A stretch of 64,000 bases of DNA, taken from assembly GCA_965218975.1 (NCBI GenBank), contig OZ244717.1, positions 1,184,001 to 1,248,000 on the forward strand, written 5' to 3'. A model generated the notes under the pieces. That model was not told the DNA's origin. It searched no databases and worked only from the letters and a program-made list of their open reading frames with translations. Origin of the DNA: Candidatus Oxydemutatoraceae bacterium. Lineage in GTDB: Bacteria; Pseudomonadota; Gammaproteobacteria; Poriferisulfidales; Oxydemutatoraceae. Made by a program: the position numbers and the translations under genes. Below are positions 1 to 10,835 of the stretch, piece after piece. How positions within the stretch are numbered: position 1 is the stretch's first letter; each line of letters starts with the position of its first letter.

Positions 1-716
1 TCAATGACCGGTTATGAACCCGTTTTGTAGTTTGTTGGCAGGTTATTAGCACAGTACTTGTCATCCATGACGGGACTTGGTTCTGTTAATCAGCGCCAGC
101 CCCGACGTCCTTGTCGGGTCGTTCGCCGCTGAAAACCGATCGGTTTTCCGGGCGCGTCTCACCCTGCTCGACAACGGCAGCGCGTTTCAAAGGCAGTTTG
201 CCCGGCTCATCCGGGAATCACCTGCGATCGAGCAACGGCCGATCGACCCTAAGTGTCTAAAGATGAACGCGCACGTCGAACGGTTTAACTGTACCGTTCG
301 GCGCACCGTCTTGGAAGATCGGATTGATTATGCAAAAGACCTGCTATTCACCGACACGCAAGTATTCAATGACCGGTTGTGAAACCGTTTTGTGTTTGTT
401 GGCGGGTTATCAGCACAGTACTTGTCATCCATGACGGGACTTGGTTCTGTTAATCAGCGCCAGCCCCGACGTCCTTGTCGGGTCGTTCGCCGCTGAAAAC
501 CGATCGGTTTTCCGGGCGCGTCTCACCCTGCACCGTCCTCATGCCGGCAACGGACAGAAAGCACCGATCCGAATGTTACTGCCGAACGCTTCCCCCGAAG
601 CCCTTCAAAAATCCCATTTAGGGTGGCATCGTACACATCATTCACTGGGGTTGCAATCCCCGATACAATCGCTCCTGACTCACCACCCGAAGTGCCAAAT
701 GTTATGGACCTATACA
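1..716 (+). mobile_element. IS481-family mosaic remnant (locus A, cut by window start): ISa core fragments, 2 R copies, ISa right end, then ISb right end
   Basis: DNGS and KMNAHVERFN integrase-core remnants; ISa right end ...GGGTGGCATCGTACA at 635; ISb right end ...GTTATGGACCTATACA at 716. Confidence 0.85.
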
Positions 717-824
717 TTGGGGTGACACAGAGCGAAATTTATGAAATTATTGCATGTCGCATTGTTAGTGGCTGCTGTGGTTAATTGAATAATTGTCGTA
801 AGGACCGCGTGTGAGTCTGTAATT

Positions 825-1532
825 CTAAAACCACAATTTCAAAATGGCAGCATAGCCTATTGGCGCACCGCCAAATTCGACGAATACATCTTTGAAACAA
901 GACCACAAATAATCAGTCGAAGCGTTATCAAATATAAGATTAAATGCAGGCGTATCCTTGATATCATTTCGAATAATAATCGCATTCATGCGAGCGACCG
1001 ATGTTTGTGCGATGGCACCATTAATAAATTTATTTAGGCGTAAATCCACTCCGCACATTTTTGCGAACATTTCACTTGCATATTTTCCGGTAATAAGAAA
1101 CCAAGCCGATAAATTAAAGCGTGGTACCGAATAACAATTCCTCGGATTACTACGCTGGTATTTTTCATCGAAGCTTGCGCACTGATTTTTTTTGCTGCTA
1201 AGAGCGTTCAGCGCCAGTATTTCCGTATCAGCTAATCTAGCAATTAGCATGCTATTATTTTGTAAATAAGCTCGATTGTTTTGCCGGCCAATCTCTAATC
1301 CCTGCGATTGCCCCCATTGAATAGATTCACGGCCTTTAAAACCCGTTCGAGGTAGAACGGATAGATCAGCTATGCTAAGTTGCTTGGCTTGAGTAACTTC
1401 CTGTCCGACAGTTCGGCCATAATTCTCAACGAGTGCGGCGCCGTTTTGTTCTAGGAAAAGCGCTCCTTCGGCTTGCAATGTTCGATAGTGAGAGCAACGT
1501 GTGATGAAATTTGTTGGTTGTACTCGGAGCAT
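825..1532 (-). CDS. mgdD: N-methylglutamate dehydrogenase subunit D (sarcosine oxidase gamma-like)
   Basis: Last gene of the beta-delta-alpha-gamma cluster; DLSVLPRTGFKG and FAKMCGVDLR motifs. Confidence 0.7.
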   Translation of the reverse strand: MLRVQPTNFITRCSHYRTLQAEGALFLEQNGAALVENYGRTVGQEVTQAKQLSIADLSVLPRTGFKGRESIQWGQSQGLEIGRQNNRAYLQNNSMLIARLADTEILALNALSSKKNQCASFDEKYQRSNPRNCYSVPRFNLSAWFLITGKYASEMFAKMCGVDLRLNKFINGAIAQTSVARMNAIIIRNDIKDTPAFNLIFDNASTDYLWSCFKDVFVEFGGAPIGYAAILKLWF

Positions 1533-1534
1533 AA

Positions 1535-4459
1535 TTATATTTCCTGACGTTTGTTTTTCGGATCATAAAATGGTATCTCAACGACATAGGCAGTGGTAAT
1601 AGTTCCGCAGCTAAGTTTAATATCTATACTCATACCGAGCTCTGTATTTGCCTCGGCATACGCTAGACCGATTATTTTGTTCAGAGTGGGTGAATACGCA
1701 ACCGATGTGATATGTCCGACTATCTTTTCACCATTTAAGATAAGATTAGATTCCTTAGGGATCTTGTTGCGTATTTGTTCAATTGTGAAGCCTACCAGTT
1801 TGCGATCGTATGGATGCTTATCAATGAGCTGCAATGAACGTCCGCCTACAAAGAAAGGTTTCTTTTTAGCGATAGCCCAAGTCATCTGCACTTCTTGCGG
1901 AGTAGTCATGGCATCGGTATCTTGACTGACAATAATGTGACCTTTTTCTAAGCGCAACGATCGTTGCGCTTCGATACCGACCGGTTGAATGTCATGTTTT
2001 TTTCCGGCTTCTAGCAAGATATCCCACAGCGCTTCACCCTGTGAATATGGCACATGGATTTCATAGCCCAATTCTCCGACAAAACCAACGCGTAGTAAGC
2101 GCGCGGGAATATTCGCAACCGTACCGCTTCGAAGCGCTAAATAAGGAAAGCCTTCCGTTGATAAATCAATGTCGTTGCAAACTCTTTTTAGTACTTCGCG
2201 AGCCTTGGGGCCGGCGATATTTACGCCTGCATACGCCGCTGTTACGTTAGTAACGTCTACGTCTAAGCACCATTGAGCGTTCCACCACAGCATAGTACGG
2301 TGCACGTTATCCACGCCGCCTGTCGTTGCAGTGACATAAAAATGTTCATCGCCGAATCGGCAAGCAACGCCATCGTCAATGATAGTTCCCGCTGTATTGG
2401 TCATTAACAAATAACGGACGGTATTAATTTTTTGCTTTGCGTAAGCGAAGGTGTATATACGGTTTAGAAATTCCGCTGCGTCCGGCCCGCGAATTTCAAG
2501 TCCGCCTAAAGTAGAAACGTCAATTAAACCTACGTTGTTGCGGATGGCTAAGTTTTCATCACGTACGCACTGTTCACGGTTTTGTTTTGCGCCATAATAA
2601 GCGGGGCGCCACCAAAGCCCCGCAGGTATCATTTTGGCGCCGGCTTCCAGATGCCGATGATGCATTGCGGTGAAGCGTTCCGGTTCAAAACGGCGACCTG
2701 CAATTACACCTAGTTTTTCCGCACGAAAGGGCGGACGTGCCGTGGTCACACCTATTTCCGCAACAGTGCGCCGCGACTCGTTAGCGACTAAACGTGCCGT
2801 AGCTAATGCAGAGTGACGACCTTGAGAAGGTCCCATACCCACTGTTGAGTAACGTTTTACCAGTTCGAGTTCCGAGTATCCGTCTTTATAAGCGTTGATA
2901 ATATCGGCAAATTGCACATCTTCGTCTAGGTCGACAAATTCCTTACCTTGCGGATGAGCAAAGATAGGCCACGGATGGTTAATATTTGTATATGAAGTGA
3001 TGGAATCAGTTTGTATAGGGATGGTATTTTTTACAGCAAGCCTTAAATGATTGCACACAGTTTGTGCCGCTCGCTTACCGGACTCAAACAATGCGCTTAG
3101 TTCATTGGCACTATCGGCAGCTCCGGCTAGGTGTAGGCATTTTGGCAGCTGCGTAATGGAGAACATGGCAGTTTCATCATCATACGAAATTTTACCGCCG
3201 GCCTGTAGAGCCAGTTGATAAGTAGGGGTAAAACCTACCGAGACGGACAAAAGATCGCAATTATAACGCTTGGATTCATTTGCGCATTGCCCTTGGGCGA
3301 TTATTTTGCGCAGCTCCACTTCATTAATATGATTTTTATCCGCTCGAGGTTTTGCGGCATAGACTGTGTATCCGTGATAAACCGTTATGTTTAAATCACG
3401 TATTTTTTCATATAATAGCAAGTGGGCCGGAGATTCGCGTAAGTCTGCGATGGCTGCGACTTCTACCCCATGTTCTATTAAATCTAATGCGACAGCGTAA
3501 CCATAATCGCCCGCGGTTAGCACTACGGCACGTTTGCCGGGCCGAACGCCGTATAAGCGAATTAAACGCTGTGTGGCAGAACCAAGTAATACACCTGGAA
3601 GATCATTATTATGAAAGATTGCAGGCTGTTCCATGTTTCCGGAAGCAAGAATCATTTGCTTAGCGCGTAACTTGTACATGCGGTTCCCGTTGATTATTGG
3701 CAGCCAATTATCGGCAAACCACCCGTTACATACCGAATTAGTCATTACCTCAATGTTGGGGTGTTTAATAATGGCTTCAATAAAGTCATTGCGCAAAGCG
3801 GGGGCGATTGTCGCTTCGGCATCAAAACGCGCGTAATTTAACGAACCGCCTAAAATTGGTTCTTGTTCTATGAGTACGACTTCCGCGCCTGCTTCGGCTG
3901 TAGTTAGAGCGGATTTCAATCCGGCCGGACCACCGCCTATCACTGCCACATCACAAAACTTGTAGCTTTTATCGTAATATTCATGTGCTGTATTTTGGTT
4001 TACACATCCAAGTCCGGCGCGTTTTCGCACGATCGGTTCCCAGAAGTTTTGCCATATCCCTCTAGGACGAAAGAACGCTTTATAATAAAACCCTACCGGT
4101 AAAAATTTCCCGATAAAATTTATTTTTGTTTCTTTATCGTTTTCTAAACTGCCTGTATAGTTTTGCCCGCTAACTTTTAAGTTCGGAGAAATTTTGCGGC
4201 GGTCTGCCGCCACGTTCGGCTCATTCTCAAGCTGAACCAGTGTATTGGCTTCAAGTCCGGCCATCGACATCACTCCGCGGGGGCGATGGTATTTAAATGA
4301 GCGCGATATTAACCAAACATCATTTGCCGCCAGCGCGCTGGCGATGGTATCTCCTAATAGGCCTGTGTAAGTTTGGCCCTCAAAACTAAAGACAATTGGC
4401 TTATCGTGATCGATAAGTAAACCAGCCGGTTTTTGTAAACGATTGGATATGGTTTCCAT
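1535..4459 (-). CDS. mgdC: N-methylglutamate dehydrogenase subunit C (sarcosine oxidase alpha-like; NAD-binding plus GcvT/THF domain)
   Basis: SRSFKYHRPRG, GGGPAG, GMGPSQG and C-terminal GcvT motifs (DVSTLG, GFVGELGYE); 974 aa. Confidence 0.75.
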   Translation of the reverse strand: METISNRLQKPAGLLIDHDKPIVFSFEGQTYTGLLGDTIASALAANDVWLISRSFKYHRPRGVMSMAGLEANTLVQLENEPNVAADRRKISPNLKVSGQNYTGSLENDKETKINFIGKFLPVGFYYKAFFRPRGIWQNFWEPIVRKRAGLGCVNQNTAHEYYDKSYKFCDVAVIGGGPAGLKSALTTAEAGAEVVLIEQEPILGGSLNYARFDAEATIAPALRNDFIEAIIKHPNIEVMTNSVCNGWFADNWLPIINGNRMYKLRAKQMILASGNMEQPAIFHNNDLPGVLLGSATQRLIRLYGVRPGKRAVVLTAGDYGYAVALDLIEHGVEVAAIADLRESPAHLLLYEKIRDLNITVYHGYTVYAAKPRADKNHINEVELRKIIAQGQCANESKRYNCDLLSVSVGFTPTYQLALQAGGKISYDDETAMFSITQLPKCLHLAGAADSANELSALFESGKRAAQTVCNHLRLAVKNTIPIQTDSITSYTNINHPWPIFAHPQGKEFVDLDEDVQFADIINAYKDGYSELELVKRYSTVGMGPSQGRHSALATARLVANESRRTVAEIGVTTARPPFRAEKLGVIAGRRFEPERFTAMHHRHLEAGAKMIPAGLWWRPAYYGAKQNREQCVRDENLAIRNNVGLIDVSTLGGLEIRGPDAAEFLNRIYTFAYAKQKINTVRYLLMTNTAGTIIDDGVACRFGDEHFYVTATTGGVDNVHRTMLWWNAQWCLDVDVTNVTAAYAGVNIAGPKAREVLKRVCNDIDLSTEGFPYLALRSGTVANIPARLLRVGFVGELGYEIHVPYSQGEALWDILLEAGKKHDIQPVGIEAQRSLRLEKGHIIVSQDTDAMTTPQEVQMTWAIAKKKPFFVGGRSLQLIDKHPYDRKLVGFTIEQIRNKIPKESNLILNGEKIVGHITSVAYSPTLNKIIGLAYAEANTELGMSIDIKLSCGTITTAYVVEIPFYDPKNKRQEI

Positions 4460-4482
4460 GTAAATGTATTTTGAATATTCCG

Positions 4483-4758
4483 CTAGAAATCAATGCGTTT
4501 GGAAAAAATTCTATCGGCAGGATAAGTCTTTAAAATTTCATCGGTCAAGGTATTGCGTTCCGCAATAAACCAATAAGAAGTGGCGACATGACACCACCAT
4601 TCGCGAACAACGCCTGCTGTATTGTTAGACATCCACATAAAATCCGCCCACTGTTCGTCGTTCATGCTTTTCGGATTATGTGTGTCCGCTACTTCGCCGA
4701 AACAGACAAACTCTGAGATATTGCGCGGACCATTTAAAGGGCAATCCATTATTTTCAC
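4483..4758 (-). CDS. mgdB: N-methylglutamate dehydrogenase subunit B (sarcosine oxidase delta-like)
   Basis: CPLNGPRNISEF...VREWW...YWFIAERNT; GTG start at 4758 preceded by AGAGGA. Confidence 0.75.
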   Translation of the reverse strand: MKIMDCPLNGPRNISEFVCFGEVADTHNPKSMNDEQWADFMWMSNNTAGVVREWWCHVATSYWFIAERNTLTDEILKTYPADRIFSKRIDF

Positions 4759-4768
4759 GTCATATCCT

Positions 4769-6010
4769 CTAATGACTAGCGGCCGTCGCACCGGCTTCGT
4801 TCGATAGTTTGAAAGTTTTAAAGCGATTCAATTTAAACGGTTCGATCATTTCTACAGATTTTTCTTGTGCAATGGTTTCTGCCATACATTTTCCGGCAAT
4901 GGGAGTTGCTTTGAACCCCCAAGTTCCCCAACCGGCATCAAGCCAATAATTTTTTATCGGACTTTCACCCATGATGGGGCTGTAATCTGGGGTCATGTCG
5001 GTAATGCCCGTCCATTGGCGTAATAATTTAAGTTGTGCAAAGAAAGGAAATAATTCCAATGTGTGCGCAATAAGGCTTTCTTTAAGATCAAGGGTGGATC
5101 GTGTCGAGTACAATTCATAAGGGTCGGAGCCACCTCCTATCAGAATTTCTCCTCGTGCCGTTTGTGAAATGTAAACATGCAGCCCGGCCGAGCTTACCAA
5201 CGGATCAAGAAACGGTTTAATCGGTTGTGTCACCATAGCTTGCAATGGGTAACTGCGAATAGGTAGTAAAATTCCGGCCATTTTTGCCACGACTGAACTC
5301 ATGCCGGCAACGGCCTGTACCGTATGCCCGCATTGAATAGTGCCTCGATTCGTTTCTACAGCTGTTACTTTGCCGGCATCAATCCGGAAGCCTGTTACTT
5401 CTGTGCGCTGATGAATTTCAACACCTAGTTGCGCAGCACGCAGCGCATAGCCCCACGCAACCGCATCATGTCTTGCGATTCCTCCATCGCGGTGCCATAA
5501 CCCTGCTAAGATGGGGAAACGTGCATTCTTATCCATATTTAAGCATGGTACGAGTTCACGGATTTGTTTTCGATCAATCATTTCCGAACGTACACCCAAG
5601 TGTTTGTTTACTTCTGCACGCAAAGTAAAAGTACGCACGCTGGCGTCATTGTGGGCTAAAGTCAGTTGACCGCGTTGCGAGTACATTTGGTTATAGCCTA
5701 ATTCGTTGGACAAGTTTTTAAATAGGTCTACTGACGCTTTGTAAAATGCAACGGACTCCGGAGAAATGTAATTGGAGCGAATCACTGTGGTATTGCGCGC
5801 AGTATTTCCACCACCGACATAACCTTTATCCAGTACGACAATATTGGCAATGCCGTGATAACGAGCTAAGTGATAAGCGATAGACAGGCCGTGGCCGCCG
5901 GCGCCTATAATAGCTATATCGTATGATTTTTTTAAATCACGAGATGCGGGGATATCGCGGCGCGCGGGATATTTAGAAGCAAAACCGTATTTTAATAAAC
6001 CCCATGGCAT
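4769..6010 (-). CDS. mgdA: N-methylglutamate dehydrogenase subunit A (FAD; sarcosine oxidase beta-like)
   Basis: GAGGHG, GGGNTARNT; MPWGLLKYG start and EAGATAASH end resemble MgdA more than canonical SoxB (from recall). Confidence 0.75.
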   Translation of the reverse strand: MPWGLLKYGFASKYPARRDIPASRDLKKSYDIAIIGAGGHGLSIAYHLARYHGIANIVVLDKGYVGGGNTARNTTVIRSNYISPESVAFYKASVDLFKNLSNELGYNQMYSQRGQLTLAHNDASVRTFTLRAEVNKHLGVRSEMIDRKQIRELVPCLNMDKNARFPILAGLWHRDGGIARHDAVAWGYALRAAQLGVEIHQRTEVTGFRIDAGKVTAVETNRGTIQCGHTVQAVAGMSSVVAKMAGILLPIRSYPLQAMVTQPIKPFLDPLVSSAGLHVYISQTARGEILIGGGSDPYELYSTRSTLDLKESLIAHTLELFPFFAQLKLLRQWTGITDMTPDYSPIMGESPIKNYWLDAGWGTWGFKATPIAGKCMAETIAQEKSVEMIEPFKLNRFKTFKLSNEAGATAASH

Positions 6011-6036
6011 GGATATCTCCTAAATTTCCGCTTTTT

Positions 6037-7710
6037 TTAAAACAACCCTATTATTTCATTATTGGCATCAATATCAATGTTATTAGCTGCAGGCTTTTTG
6101 GGTAAACCAGGCATCGTCATAATGTGCCCGCATAGCACCACTAAGAATTCAGCGCCGGTGGATAAATATACATCTTTAATCGGCACCACATGTCCTGAAG
6201 GAGCACCTAACAGATCGGGGTCCGTTGAAAATGAATATTGTGTTTTGGCTATGCAAACGGGGTAGTGCCCATAACCTTCCTCTTGGTAACGCTTAATCTT
6301 ATTGCGAACTTTTATTTCAGCGATGACATTGCTCGCGCCATAAATTTTGTTTGCCACTTTTGTAATTTTTGTCCATAACGTATCGTTCTCTTCGTAGACA
6401 AAATGCAAATCGGGCGGCACTTGAGCAATTTCATCAATCACGGTTTTAGCCAGATCTTCTGCGCCCGTCCCTCCGTAAGCCCAGTGATTGCATTCGATCG
6501 TTTTTACATTATGGTGCGCCATTTTTTCTTGCAATAGTGAAATTTCAGCATTGGTGTCCGAGGTGAATCTGTTAATCGCTACGACACAAGGTAGGCCAAA
6601 ATGATTACGAATATTATTTATGTGGCGTTCTAAATTTGGAATACCTTTTTCCAACGCGGCAAGATTTTCACGCTCAACGTCTTTTAATTTCACATGGCCA
6701 TGGAACTTTAAAGCGCGAATGGTTGCCACAATCACGACTAAAGATGGTTGCAAGCCTGCTTTCCTGCATTTGATGTCGAGAAATTTTTCCGCTCCGAGGT
6801 CCGCGCCAAAGCCAGCTTCGGTCACCACATAATCAGCGAGTTTTAAAGCAGTTTTGGTGGCAATTACAGAGTTGCAACCATGTGCGATATTGCCAAAGGG
6901 CCCGCCGTGTATAAACGCTAGGTTATTTTCTAGAGTTTGGACTAAATTTGGCTTAATCGCATCTTTTAATAAAGCAGTCATCGCCCCCTGTGCGTTAATA
7001 TCACGTGCATGGATTACATCGCCATTACAGTTATATCCGCAAATGATATTGCCTAGCCGGTTTCGCAAGTCTCGGATAGAAGTTGTAAAACACAAGATCG
7101 CCATAATTTCTGATGCGGTGACTATGTCGTAACCGGTTTCGCGTGGATGACCATTTGCGACGCCGCCGATGCCTACGATGATTTTACGTAAGGCACGGTC
7201 ATTTAAATCTATAACACGTTTCCATGAGATGCGTCGGTCGTCAAAACCTAGCGGATTGCCCTGCTGTAGATGATTGTCGATGAGAGCTGCGAGTAAATTA
7301 TGCGCTAAGCTGATGGCATGAAAATCCCCTGTGAAATGTAAATTGATATCTTCCATGGGAACAACTTGTGCGTAACCCCCTCCCGCAGCTCCGCCTTTCA
7401 TGCCAAAACAAGGCCCTAAAGATGGTTCGCGTATACAAATTAGCGTGTGTTTGCCGATACGGTTGAGTGCATCACCTAACCCGATCGTTGTGGTTGTTTT
7501 GCCTTCACCCGGAGGGGTAGGGCTGATCGCGGTGATTAAAATAAGTTTTCCGTAGTTTCGTTCCTCCAGAGAATGAATGAAATCTAGTGAAAGCTTGGCC
7601 TTATAGTGGCCGTACGGTTCTAAGTGTCGATCTTCTATATTAAGTTTTTTGCCCGCAAGACGAACAATATTTTGCATCTCCGCGTGTTTTGCAATGTCGA
7701 AGTCAGTCAT
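6037..7710 (-). CDS. fhs: Formate--tetrahydrofolate ligase
   Basis: [41 protein letters not shown]. Confidence 0.95.
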   Translation of the reverse strand: MTDFDIAKHAEMQNIVRLAGKKLNIEDRHLEPYGHYKAKLSLDFIHSLEERNYGKLILITAISPTPPGEGKTTTTIGLGDALNRIGKHTLICIREPSLGPCFGMKGGAAGGGYAQVVPMEDINLHFTGDFHAISLAHNLLAALIDNHLQQGNPLGFDDRRISWKRVIDLNDRALRKIIVGIGGVANGHPRETGYDIVTASEIMAILCFTTSIRDLRNRLGNIICGYNCNGDVIHARDINAQGAMTALLKDAIKPNLVQTLENNLAFIHGGPFGNIAHGCNSVIATKTALKLADYVVTEAGFGADLGAEKFLDIKCRKAGLQPSLVVIVATIRALKFHGHVKLKDVERENLAALEKGIPNLERHINNIRNHFGLPCVVAINRFTSDTNAEISLLQEKMAHHNVKTIECNHWAYGGTGAEDLAKTVIDEIAQVPPDLHFVYEENDTLWTKITKVANKIYGASNVIAEIKVRNKIKRYQEEGYGHYPVCIAKTQYSFSTDPDLLGAPSGHVVPIKDVYLSTGAEFLVVLCGHIMTMPGLPKKPAANNIDIDANNEIIGLF

Positions 7711-7969
7711 TTTTATGCTTCTGTTCAAAATTATTTTACTTGTTGAATTTCAGAGCATGTGTTATTACACTTAGCCAGAGTTCAATTCATAGCTTAAAAG
7801 ATAGATTGATCAAATGCAGGGCATCATTCTTTGTACTACCATTATGGTCAATTGCTCGAAGGAAATACTCCTTAATGAGTAACAAAGGAATCGAATAAAT
7901 TCACTATATTATGTACATTATGTACGCGACGTTCTCTTATCTTAATTGTAGGACTAAAATTGAACAAAT

Positions 7970-8854
7970 ATGACAGCGACATTAATTGACGGCAAAAAAA
8001 TTTCTACTCTGATTAAGGCAGAAGTTTCTGAGGAAATAAGCGCCCTAAAATCAAGAGGTATATATCCTTGCCTTGCGGTAATTTTGGTTGGCGATGATCC
8101 TGCTTCATGTACTTATGTGAAGGCAAAACAAAAAGCTTGCGAGCAGGTGGGGATACGTTCAATTCAGCATAGCCTTGCGGACGATATTGATGCAAGTGTA
8201 TTGCTAGATTTAATAGGTAAGTTAAATCAAGATTCGGCGGTGCACGGCATATTGGTGCAGTTGCCTTTGCCTTCGCATATCGATGAAAATAAGGTAATTG
8301 AAGCGGTTGCGGTAACAAAAGACGTAGATGGTTTTCATCCTTTTAACGTTGGTCGGCTATCTATAGGCCTTGACGCATTAATTTCGTGCACTCCCTATGG
8401 TGTGTCTGAATTAATTGCCAGAAGCGGCATTGAAACTAATGGTAAACATGCGGTTATTGTCGGGCGTAGCAATATCGTAGGCAAGCCGCTAATGAATCTA
8501 CTCGTTCGGAAAGCGGAAAATGCGAATGCGACGGTGACGGTGTGTCATTCTAGGACTCGGGATATTAAAAGCTATACTCTTCAAGCGGATATTTTAGTGG
8601 CAGCGATCGGTCAAGCGAATTTTATTACTGCCGATATGGTAAAGCCCGGTGCAGTGGTCATTGATGTTGGTATTAATAGTGTTGAAAAACAAGCGAAGCG
8701 TCATTTAGTGGGTGATGTTGAATTTGACAGTGTAAAAGAAGTCGCTTCTAAAATTACGCCTGTGCCCGGCGGTGTGGGTCCGATGACGGTGGCCATGTTG
8801 ATGCAAAATGTCGCAAAAGCCGCTGCAACGCATACCTGCGGCAAAGTCTTGTAA
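7970..8854 (+). CDS. folD: Methylene-THF dehydrogenase/methenyl-THF cyclohydrolase
   Basis: KDVDGFHP, GRSNIVGKP, TPVPGGVGPMT. Confidence 0.95.
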   Translation: MTATLIDGKKISTLIKAEVSEEISALKSRGIYPCLAVILVGDDPASCTYVKAKQKACEQVGIRSIQHSLADDIDASVLLDLIGKLNQDSAVHGILVQLPLPSHIDENKVIEAVAVTKDVDGFHPFNVGRLSIGLDALISCTPYGVSELIARSGIETNGKHAVIVGRSNIVGKPLMNLLVRKAENANATVTVCHSRTRDIKSYTLQADILVAAIGQANFITADMVKPGAVVIDVGINSVEKQAKRHLVGDVEFDSVKEVASKITPVPGGVGPMTVAMLMQNVAKAAATHTCGKVL

Positions 8855-8866
8855 TGAATTTTTAGA

Positions 8867-9622
8867 TTATTTGCATATCCATCCTATTGCTTGTCGGATA
8901 TCTTGTGCAATACGAACGTCGTTATTACGCAAGCGCGAATCATCGTTACTTCGATATTTTCCGGTTTTAACCAGAATGGCTTGCAGTCCGGCCGCAGTTG
9001 CGCCATTTATATCTGATTCCACATCGTCGCCGATCATTACCACTTGTTCAGGAGTGCAGGCAAATCCCTTGATTGCTTCGAGGAAGAATTCCTTCGACGG
9101 TTTGCCAAGGATGGTGGCTTTTACGCCACTCGCTGTTTCTAACGCTCGTACAAAGGGGCCGGCATCCAAACTGAAGCCGTCTTCTTCTTTGAAATAACGG
9201 TTTGCTCCCATAGCAAACAATGGTGCCCCGGAAAATAAAAGTCGAAAAGCGATATTTAGCTTTTCATAATTGAATTCTTTTCCTGCGTCCCCCAATAAAA
9301 CCGCATTAAATTTAGTATCGGGAAAATCTGAAAATTCCGGCATGAGATTTGAATGAACTAGTAAGTAGGGGGTTAAGCCTTTTTCTTTAATGTATTGTTT
9401 TGCGGCAAGCGGTGCCGTGAATAGCAGGTCCTTGCTGATGTTAAATCGCATAGTCGAGAGTTTTTTTAGTATGTCGGCAGACGTGCTACGCGTTGTATTC
9501 GTGATAAAACGAGCGGGAAGATTATGAGTGTGCAATTGGTCTATGGCTTCTTGCGCGCCGGCGATGGGTTTGCTTCCAATATAAATAACTCCGCTTAGGT
9601 CCAGTAATACACCTTTAATCAT
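8867..9622 (-). CDS. HAD-superfamily subfamily IIA hydrolase (LHPP-like)
   Basis: DLSGV motif I, TNTT, GKPS, MIGDD. Confidence 0.85.
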   Translation of the reverse strand: MIKGVLLDLSGVIYIGSKPIAGAQEAIDQLHTHNLPARFITNTTRSTSADILKKLSTMRFNISKDLLFTAPLAAKQYIKEKGLTPYLLVHSNLMPEFSDFPDTKFNAVLLGDAGKEFNYEKLNIAFRLLFSGAPLFAMGANRYFKEEDGFSLDAGPFVRALETASGVKATILGKPSKEFFLEAIKGFACTPEQVVMIGDDVESDINGATAAGLQAILVKTGKYRSNDDSRLRNNDVRIAQDIRQAIGWICK

Positions 9623-9768
9623 GGCTTGCCCCGATTATGAGGGTAAGGGGGAAGTTAATTTCGGCATAATAGAGCGTTTTATTCTTTTTTGATGCCACAC
9701 TCGCTCGGCTATGTTTCTATTTGCGCCCTTTGCCGCATTTTTTTACGATAGCCCTGTTCCCTATAAGT

Positions 9769-9805
9769 AAAAACCCGCGTTCATCAAATTAATCATAAAC
9801 GCGGG
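9769..9805 (-). terminator. Probable intrinsic terminator downstream of the porin gene
   Basis: CCCGCGTT...AACGCGGG stem followed by TTTTT on the minus strand. Confidence 0.5.
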
Positions 9806-9901
9806 AGGCAATAGCGCATGTAGGAAATTGTGAGATAGCGATATGGAGTTTGGAGTCGGACGTGCGTTGCAATTCTATCGCTTTATATAGCATTATTGAT
9901 T

Positions 9902-10651
9902 TTAAAAGGTGCGTGAAATAGTGAACACGATTCTATCGTCAATCTTAGCGGTGCCTTCGAAGAAATCCACATGATCATCATCCTCTTCAGTATCATGATA
10001 ACGTAAATCAAAATTGAAATCGTGGATGGTTTTAGTCAGTCCGATCTCCCAATGCGCGTATGAGTAGCCATCTGTTGCATCATCACCGTCGACATCCTGA
10101 TAGGCGAGTGCGACATCAAAGCCCCAATCATTACCTAATGAAAGCGCCAGCGTGCCTTTCAAATAAAAAGCGTCACCGTCTTCAAGAGTGAAGTCCGGAG
10201 AATAAGCGCCCATCAAACTGACATACGGTGAGAGCGCAGTGTCAAAGCCATGCCCCAATGTCAACCATAGTTCCACAAAGTCATACTCTGGTTCTCCGGA
10301 ATCTTCCGCACTTGGGAAATTGTAATATATCACCATGACGTCGTAGTCTAGGCCGCCTGCAGAGCTTGCGTAGCCAGCGTAATAGTCTAGCTCAAGTGAA
10401 CTATTAGGTAATTCAATATTAGACCCCCACACACCGGCATACCAATTGTTATAACTCCAGTCAAAGCTGCCTTGTATGGCCGGGTCTTCGCTAGTAAAGG
10501 ATTGGCCTCTGTAAATATAGTCTGTCGTCAAATAAATCGTATTGGAAAAATTTTCTTTTGCAAATGCACCTTCTGCGTACGCAGCGCCACTGCCGCCGCA
10601 TGTAAATAGTACCAACAGAGTCAATGTAGTGCGTGTAAAGTGAGATCGCAT
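9902..10651 (-). CDS. TorF-family putative outer-membrane porin
   Basis: Signal peptide; TTDYIYRGQS, PAIQGSFD, ELDYYAGY; C-terminal Phe; GGAGGG upstream of ATG 10651. Confidence 0.8.
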   Translation of the reverse strand: MRSHFTRTTLTLLVLFTCGGSGAAYAEGAFAKENFSNTIYLTTDYIYRGQSFTSEDPAIQGSFDWSYNNWYAGVWGSNIELPNSSLELDYYAGYASSAGGLDYDVMVIYYNFPSAEDSGEPEYDFVELWLTLGHGFDTALSPYVSLMGAYSPDFTLEDGDAFYLKGTLALSLGNDWGFDVALAYQDVDGDDATDGYSYAHWEIGLTKTIHDFNFDLRYHDTEEDDDHVDFFEGTAKIDDRIVFTISRTF

Positions 10652-10835
10652 GATTTCCCTCCCTTCAAGGATGGTTATAAATACTTTGTAGAATCCGGTT
10701 AAAGAATCATCCGAAAGTCGGGGCAATCAATCAATGCCTTATACGTATTAATACAAACTAGGTAGCATTGATTATTAGGAACTATGTCAGTCCAAATATT
10801 ATTGCGCATATACTTCTATAAAAATTAAAAGATCA

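Noticed and set aside
77-725. Recurring ORFs '[24 protein letters not shown]...' and 'MTEPSLVMDD...' as a protein family
   Set aside because: Readings of the R repeat in various frames with stops and frameshifts; only the HRPH...SHLGWHRT tail is real transposase sequence.
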